NCBI GenBank assembly: GCA_951406725.2 | Contig: OX597821.1 | Location: 92,008,001 to 92,072,000, forward strand | Source of the DNA: Octopus vulgaris | Taxonomy: Eukaryota | Reading direction: 5' to 3' | DNA: 64,000 nt | Shown: positions 63,558 to 64,000 of the stretch, one piece after another | Numbering within the stretch: the stretch's first letter is position 1 | How the letters are laid out: each line of letters begins with the position of its first letter | Program-made: the position numbers and the translations under genes | Notes under the pieces: generated by a model | Told to the model about the DNA's origin: nothing | The model's input: only the letters and a program-made list of their open reading frames with translations | Databases searched by the model: none

Positions 63558-63961
63558 GGGCAGAATTGTTAGCCTGCTGGGCAAAATATTTAGTTCAAAT
63601 TCTGCCGAGGCTGACTTGGCCTTTTATTCCTTCAGAGTTAATAAAATAAGTACCAGTTGAGTATTGGGGTCAATGTAATCGACTTAACCCCAGCCCCAAA
63701 ATTGCTGGCCTTGTGCTAAAATTTGACACCAATATTCTAACAATAAAATAAGGCAGTGAGTTGGCAGAACTGTTAACACACTGGGCAAAATGCTTAGTGG
63801 CATCTTGTCTGTCTTTACGTTCTGAGTTTAAATTCTGCTGAGGTTGACTTTGCCTTTCATTCTTTTGGGGACAATAAAACCTGTACCTTTTCAGTACTGG
63901 TGTTGATGCAATCAACTTAGCCCCTCCCCTGACATTGCTGGCCTTGTGCAGAAATTTGTAA
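63558..63961 (+). mobile_element. Two tandem SINE family C copies
   Basis: 63558-63733 (partly deleted) and 63751-63961; ATTCTAACA(G/A)..AAAATA at 63530, 63734 and 63967. Confidence 0.87.
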
Positions 63962-64000
63962 TAAAAATTCTAACAGAAAAATATGTGCAATATTATCAGA

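Overview
AT-rich eukaryotic DNA with no supportable host protein-coding gene, intact RNA gene or CRISPR array. It is intronic or intergenic and saturated with microsatellites and transposon relics. The SINE families and repeat profile match what I recall of octopod cephalopod (Octopus-like) genomes; this is an inference, not a search result. Almost all supplied ORFs are translations of microsatellites, SINEs or decayed transposons. Recognisable content: (1) more than 30 copies of several modular tRNA-headed SINE families, some with a CORE-like domain; family letters A-H are my working labels. (2) Four decayed Tc1/mariner-superfamily elements, a Tc2/pogo-like MITE and two hAT-like MITEs. (3) A clean solo LTR with a 4-bp TSD, 3' fragments of CR1-group and RTE LINEs, and a Helitron-like element. 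The most striking signal is at least nine fold-back (long inverted repeat) insertions from several unrelated sequence families, nearly all anchored in (TA)n tracts. Several carry degenerate minimal type-I hammerhead ribozyme motifs, which points to Penelope-like retroelement tails. Coordinates were read by eye and may be off by a few bases.
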